Shown: piece after piece, positions 57,911-64,000 of the stretch
Layout of the letters: the number at the start of each line of letters is the position of its first letter
How positions within the stretch are numbered: the stretch's first letter is position 1
DNA from: Takakia lepidozioides
Taxonomy: Eukaryota > Plantae > Bryophyta
NCBI GenBank assembly: GCA_030704615.1
Contig: CM060734.1
Location: 15,066,001-15,130,000, forward strand
Length of the DNA stretch: 64,000 bases
Direction of reading: 5' to 3'
Position numbers and translations under genes: made by a program
Notes under the pieces: model-generated
Database searches by the model: none
Told to the model about the DNA's origin: nothing
Seen by the model: the letters and a program-made list of their open reading frames with translations, nothing else

Positions 57911-60765
57911 CCTTATTGTAGTGGAGACGTGTAAGTCGGTGGTCCGTGGATTATATTGGAGATTATGTCGACACGTGGCGACACTCTCAGCATGGACACG
58001 TGTCGTGTGTCAGTGCTACGAAATGGATGGAGTGAAAAATTCAATGACTTCCGAAACCACTGTTGAGTGACCATAAAATGACTCATAGAGTCATTCTATG
58101 AAAACTGAGAATATACAATATCACTCACAGAGTGGTTATGTGAGTGGATGACGTCTCTCAGCAGGTCATTGGAATGATTACCCCACAGAGTGGTGTGTAA
58201 GCTATTTGAGTCATTCATGGTGTCTCTCTGAGTGGGAACTATGGATTGGAGTCATTACTAACAGAGTGGTATGTAAGTGATTAGGAATACCACTGATGGA
58301 ATTCATACCACTAGTACAGTAATATATATGTGACTACTTATACCACTATACAAGTGGTAATGTAGGCAATTGTGTGCATTTGGCTACTCCCACAGTTTAA
58401 ATTATACCACTATTACAGTGATGTGCAAGTGATATGAACAGGACTAGAGGAACACATACCACTAGTGTAGTGTTTAAAGAAGTACCATTGGGGATTCAAG
58501 CTCCACAAAATAGAATAGAATCCCATAGAGTTAAGTGCTGGACACGTCAACAAAATCCAGCCATGATAAAAGCACTAAGCCTAACTTGTACATGGCGTCT
58601 CCGCATGCATGCTAGGAACACTGAACTGCTTTCATGCCTTCTTCTCACTGCCAGCAATGTCTATGCCCGGGCGAACGAAATCTAAGCCCTCTTCATGTTC
58701 TTCTCTGGCAAAGACAATTCAGACCAACAACATCCTCCAACATTGTTTGCGTGGGACCTCTTCCTCGTTAGGTTGAGGCAAGACACAATTGGCAATATAG
58801 ATATCATTCACCTCAACCCGCCACAATCCCTCAGGTTAACACGGCAGTGATATGTATCTTTGCCAGGCACACCAGTGACAATTCCACTGGCAGCCCTGTG
58901 TCGTGGTAAATGATGATCAACAGGCTGATTTTGTCCTTCAACTTAAACTACACACAGCACCCACCATAAAACCCACATTAATCAACCCATGAAGACATAC
59001 ATGTACATTGAAAACTAGATAATGAGGACCGCCCAGTATAAGCAATCACTAAAAGTGTAGAGTACTTTTGGTAGCATAAGAATATCTGCCACTGTGGCAG
59101 GGGGTTGATATTTGGGGGTTGCCTTTGAAGGTGCCGCAGTTGGTGCACTATCAGTGGCAGTATCAAGAGCGGCTTTCTCAGCCTGCAAACATCACGCCCA
59201 ACACCCCTTAGCAGTTTCATTTAGCAATGATCTACTAATAGTTTGAAGTACCCAACATGTAAATGGCCACATTGTACAGAACTGATAGCCAACAGGTGCA
59301 TGCATGCTCACCTCTAGTACGGAAACTGCTGCATGGAGAGGTGCCTCTGAAGGCCCACCTGACTCTTACTCCCGCTAGAACTTGGTGTTATGTCACCATT
59401 TGCATCAGTTAAGGACTTTGTGCCTTTGGCAGCAGTGGCTCTGGTTACACGCCCTCCTTCACATGTACTTCTTCTTAGCTCCCTTCACGATGGCTGGGGC
59501 AGGGTCCTCTGCTTTAGTCCCCTTCTACATGCCAACAAAACAACAAGGTATTGTACATGAGTACGTCTTACCATACCTGATGCATAGAATCATGGCACAC
59601 ACCATAAATAGATCATTCATGAAAATGTTTTCAGAAGTCAAAAACAGAAAGCCCAATGACAGGAACCAAGACAAAGTCTTTGAGGGCGTACCTCTTTCTG
59701 TGGGGAAGTTGGCTTCACATGCTGATCTGCCAACCCCCTACTGTCACCCTTACCAGCACTCTCGGTGGAGCAGACGTCCTCACCAGCAGCCAATATTGCT
59801 GTCCCGCTAGCTCCACCTCCCTTCTTACGTGGCAATTTATCAGGAATTTCCTTGTGCCCCAATTTTACTTGGGTCACCACAAGGTCCTCAATGGCAGACG
59901 ACTTTGGCTTTTCCCCAACCTCAAGAGGTTCTCCCTGCACCTAAGCAAAACATACCAGAGCAGTAAACTTCAAAGTCAGCTAACACTGAATGGATGACAA
60001 CCACAAAAATAAGTTGGGGTGAAGGTACACAAACCACCTTCTCCGTAGCAGTCTTGCCTCCCAAGCCTGTGTCGGAATCGCAAGGTTCAATAACAGTACA
60101 TATTGGGATAGTAGTTGGAGGAAGGGCGGTTGCTGACATTCCCAACATCATTGCCATCAATGCATCCAGTTTTTTGCTATTGTCCGCAGAAGCCTTAACA
60201 ACTTCTCCTTTTATAGTGGCCAATTCGCCCTCAATCGTCGGGATCTGAACGTCTGACAAGGCAAGCACACTGCCCTCAAGGGACGACAGTCGAGACTGCA
60301 TCGCACTGCCCCCTCCCTATACAGCCAAATAAAGACACATAATCAGCCCGCATGGCCTGGCTACTGCTCCAGCAAAATGAATGCAACAAAAAAAAAAAAC
60401 CCACACGCCATTTACATGTGCACCTCCAATTGACTGGGAGCCTAAACCCTTGTCCGCCTTCGATGCGTGTTTCTAAAGTTGAAATATGAGGTGTAAAACA
60501 ACCACTCAGAAAGTGGTACCTTACAACTCTATGAGTAGAGACGTACAGTAGATTGTTGAAATTATTGTTTTTTAGGGACTTGGTATGGCATGTCTACCTT
60601 TGTATGAAGGCTGTAAATCCTCTAATCTTGCATCCACCATGCTTATAATGAATCTATGCGCAACACATGGGGTTACAAATGGCTTTGAGGATGAAATGTT
60701 CTCTTTGCTGCAGAAAACCTTGTTGCCACAACCAAACGTACTACCCACATCTTTCTACCATGCGA
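57227..60765. mobile_element. CACTA/EnSpm element remnant; far end not identified
   Basis: CACTAGAAGAAA terminus at 57227 and 57602; dense ACCACT/AGTGGT subterminal repeats; transposase fragment at 60585. Confidence 0.7.
60585..60765 (+). pseudogene. CACTA transposase N-terminal fragment
   Basis: PLYEGC..S.L......NL...HG.TN...DE...LL...LLP.PN.LP.SFY.A. Confidence 0.8.
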
Positions 60766-63727
60766 ATGACCCTCGTGGGATGCTCCACTGCATGGTACGG
60801 GTCCTTGGGATCAACCACCCCCTTGTTCTTTCTCCCGGATCCCCTACCATGCGGTGGAGTCTGTTGGACATCCACCAGAGGGCCAGTATCTGCAACACTT
60901 CCCTGCCCACCTACCTGCCCTTATGCCCCCTTCCCCCTCCTTTCCCCACAGCACCATCAACATCCTTTCCCTTTGCCTTTCTACCTTTACCCGGTGTATC
61001 CTGAGTGGGAGGCTCCTTCTCTGCAAGAGTCCTCAAATTTCTATCATGAATTTTGAGGGCGGCTGCTGCGGTGCTGGCTGCTATACGCTCATTCTCTCTC
61101 CTCAAAGACACCTCCTGAGCTGGGGTCTCAGAAGCAGGGCAATCCAAATACCAACCACAAGCAGAAAGATGGTCTGGGCCCCAGTCATGCAAGATCCCCG
61201 TAGTAAACATGGTCTGGTTGCAGCAGGGACAAGCAAAAGGTCCATGAAATCAGGATGTTTGTCCAAGCAGTTCTTTGCCATGAGAACATACTTTATGTAC
61301 CTGCAGATATGAAGACCTGGGAAATTCACCTGAAGGTCACAATTGAACCACAAGGGGTTGTTCGTACTCAGTAATTACCCTTTAATGAAACAATGCCTCC
61401 CCTTCCTCTCATTTAACATTGATCAAGACAAAAGACTAGAAATGGTTATCAACTGTATATCATCAGGGCAATTAGTTTAACAAGAATCCGTTCCTGGGAC
61501 TCGTTTTTGATAGTACGTCCTACGAATGAGCTCATCCTGCAATACTGCAGATGGCAGCCTTTGAACTTAATTTTTGTGGGGTGGGGAGGAAAGGAAATGA
61601 ACATACTTACCAAAAGGAGTCCAAATGAGCCTTCAACATTTTTGAGTGGCACTGGCAGTTTATGAGTTTGCCCTCTCATATCCGGCTTGCATGGGAGACT
61701 ATATTTTATCAACATGAAAAGAATAGGTACTAAGGTCCTGTCATTAATCTCAAGGTATCTTGTAGGGGCACCATTACATGTGGGAAGGTCCTGTGCCAAT
61801 AGGTTACCTCCACCTCTGTATCGTGAACTACATGCACACTTGTGGAGTCAGCTACCCTTATTCGAGAATTACACACAAGCTCAATCACTTGAACCTTCCC
61901 CTTTGGAATCTCCACAGATCTCTCTCCACCAGTAGAGCTGGAGGAGTACATATTGGCAAGGCTACTGCATCTGTTGTGTTGTCAATTGTATCGTATCATA
62001 TGACATTTATGCACATAGATCCATGCTGGTGTATGAACATGCATGTGCTCACTAGAAAGCCTCAATTGAAGAGGCCCTAGTTAGTAGTTAGTTAGAACTC
62101 AGAAAAAGTTAGAACTCAGTCAGTGCAACTGCAAACCCAGACTTATCTGCTCACAGGCATTAGTTACTTGAATTTGTTTATGCTTATAAAAACAATGGTA
62201 CATGAGGACTCCACAAGACTGCACCTCAACAGTAGCTCTTTTCAGGACACTTACACGCTTATTGAAAAGCTTCACAAGGGAACCTACTAATCTCCACTTG
62301 GAATCAATCTTGGTATGGAGTTGGCGGGAGTTCATGCAAACCAATTCTTTCCATATTCGTGCCAAATATGGAGCATTGGTCACTTAATGCTGCCTAAGAT
62401 CTACAAGCCAATGGCATTCCAGTGCCAATTGAAGCTCCTAAACTAGAGCAAAATTGAGTTTAGAGCTAGGCAACTGAGAGGAAAAGAGGGAGGAACAACA
62501 TGCTCCATCGTAATGCCTGATTCAGTCTGATTCATGTCTGATTCATCCTGCCTCTCCATGCCTATGTAAATTTCCTCTTCAGCTTCATGGAAAGCCAAGG
62601 CTTATCATAGTCCTTTAAAAAATAAGCTAATATCCCTTTCATGATGAAGCAAGGAACGTGTCCTGAACAATTTTACAGAGAACAAACCTCCCTAGCTTAA
62701 TAACAGCCTCATTGCAAACATCATAGAAAGGAACATGAAAGTTCTTAAACAGGCTCCGAAGCTCCAGAAAGGCCCTCACACCTAAGGCCATCTTTTCTCA
62801 CTAGTAGCACTGACTGATGAGGGCAAGCTGTCTCATCCACTTGGGGTGCGGATGGCACTGCTTCCACTGGAGCCGTTGTTTGCAAAGGCAATGCTGGTGT
62901 CGAGTGAGTTTGCAGGCTGTTCTGAGGAAATGCTTGCAGATTTTGCTATGCTGTCAGTTGAATCTATTTTCTTTCCCAGGGACAAAACTCAAGAGGTACT
63001 ATGGCTGAGACATCAACACTTATTTATTCCATTCTAAATTTTCTGTTGGTCTTGAAACAAGAAAAACACTGGCCACAGCTACATAAAGTTGTTGGGACCT
63101 CTTCAAACCAGAGGCTACTGTTACCCAATAGACAATAACACTCTCTAACAGCCACATCAAACTAGGGCTTTTGTTACCCGAATGGTTTCCTAGTGACTGA
63201 TAAGCCTTGTAGTACCCAAAATAACAAGGCTCAGTTGCCCAATGTTGCATAACCTCTATGTTCTTAGGTGTATTATGTGTGACAAGCGGAGGATGCAGCT
63301 GGAGATTTGGACATAACAAAAAATTTCACGAGTTTTGACATCGACCAACACCCCCTTGCTCACCCTTCTTCGTCGTTGTCACTGCCCACCTCCATAGGTG
63401 CCTTCTGTCTACGATCGCCAGAAGAGCCCCCTGCCATTCCCCAAGAATCGCTGCCTTGGAACATTCCTCCTCCATGGTCACCACCCATGCCAGCTCCAGA
63501 TTGGCCACCACCCATGCCTCTTGGATGGCCACCTGCAAATGCTCCCATTGACCCCAAGCTCGCCCCCATGGCTGGGCCCCTGCTAACACCTGATCCAACA
63601 AGTCCCCTGGGCCACAACACAACGAATGCCTTCAGATCATTACCTCACCTCCTACTAATTGTTCTCTATTTTTTCCATGGCAGCCTTAAACATTACACTA
63701 GTCGGCTCTAACAACATTCAAGCTGGC

Positions 63728-64000
63728 ATGTCTTATGCTGACAGAAAAAGAAAAAGAGACTATGATGAGGAGCAAGACCTTATGACCAGACGAGCTATCT
63801 ACAAATGGGATGAGGATGGTGAAATTGAAGGAGTGCCTCATCACAAAACAGTGCTGGATCTTATGGCTTGGCACTTGAACATATTGAACAATCTGTGGTA
63901 TGTTAAACCCAGGTCAACTTGCTGGTTTGACACATTTCTATTCGATGTGTATACCCAAGAAATGTGGTTTGATATTGTGAGGATGCAACGTAGGACATTT
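63728..64000 (+). CDS. PIF/Harbinger-like transposase N-terminus, runs off the window
   Basis: Open frame MSYADRKRKR...WYVKPRSTCWF...W...VRMQRRTF. Confidence 0.7.
   Translation, partial: MSYADRKRKRDYDEEQDLMTRRAIYKWDEDGEIEGVPHHKTVLDLMAWHLNILNNLWYVKPRSTCWFDTFLFDVYTQEMWFDIVRMQRRTF

Overview
Eukaryotic, TE-dense window, most likely from a non-seed land plant (inferred from the plant-type TMEM184/LAZ1 and SERF genes and the plant TE families). Only two intact host genes are evident, a head-to-head SERF / TMEM184 pair at 52.6-55.3 kb. The rest is nested and decayed mobile DNA: Ty3/gypsy, copia, L1-type LINEs, tRNA-derived SINEs, CACTA and PIF/Harbinger. Three elements stand out. (1) A Crypton-like (DUF3504-type) tyrosine recombinase lies directly downstream of a co-oriented multi-exon HECT E3 ligase gene (11.6-17.5 kb, minus strand), a candidate cargo-carrying recombinase element. 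(2) A gypsy retrotransposon carries a DNMT3-like cytosine methyltransferase in its pol, upstream of RT, and a PHD finger at the integrase C-terminus (27.4-42.3 kb); a young chromovirus has inserted into the PHD, leaving an AACAT TSD. (3) A gypsy carries a dUTPase-like domain and a -1 frameshift signal. Several elements show internal inversions. All family assignments come from motif recognition by eye; no database search was run.
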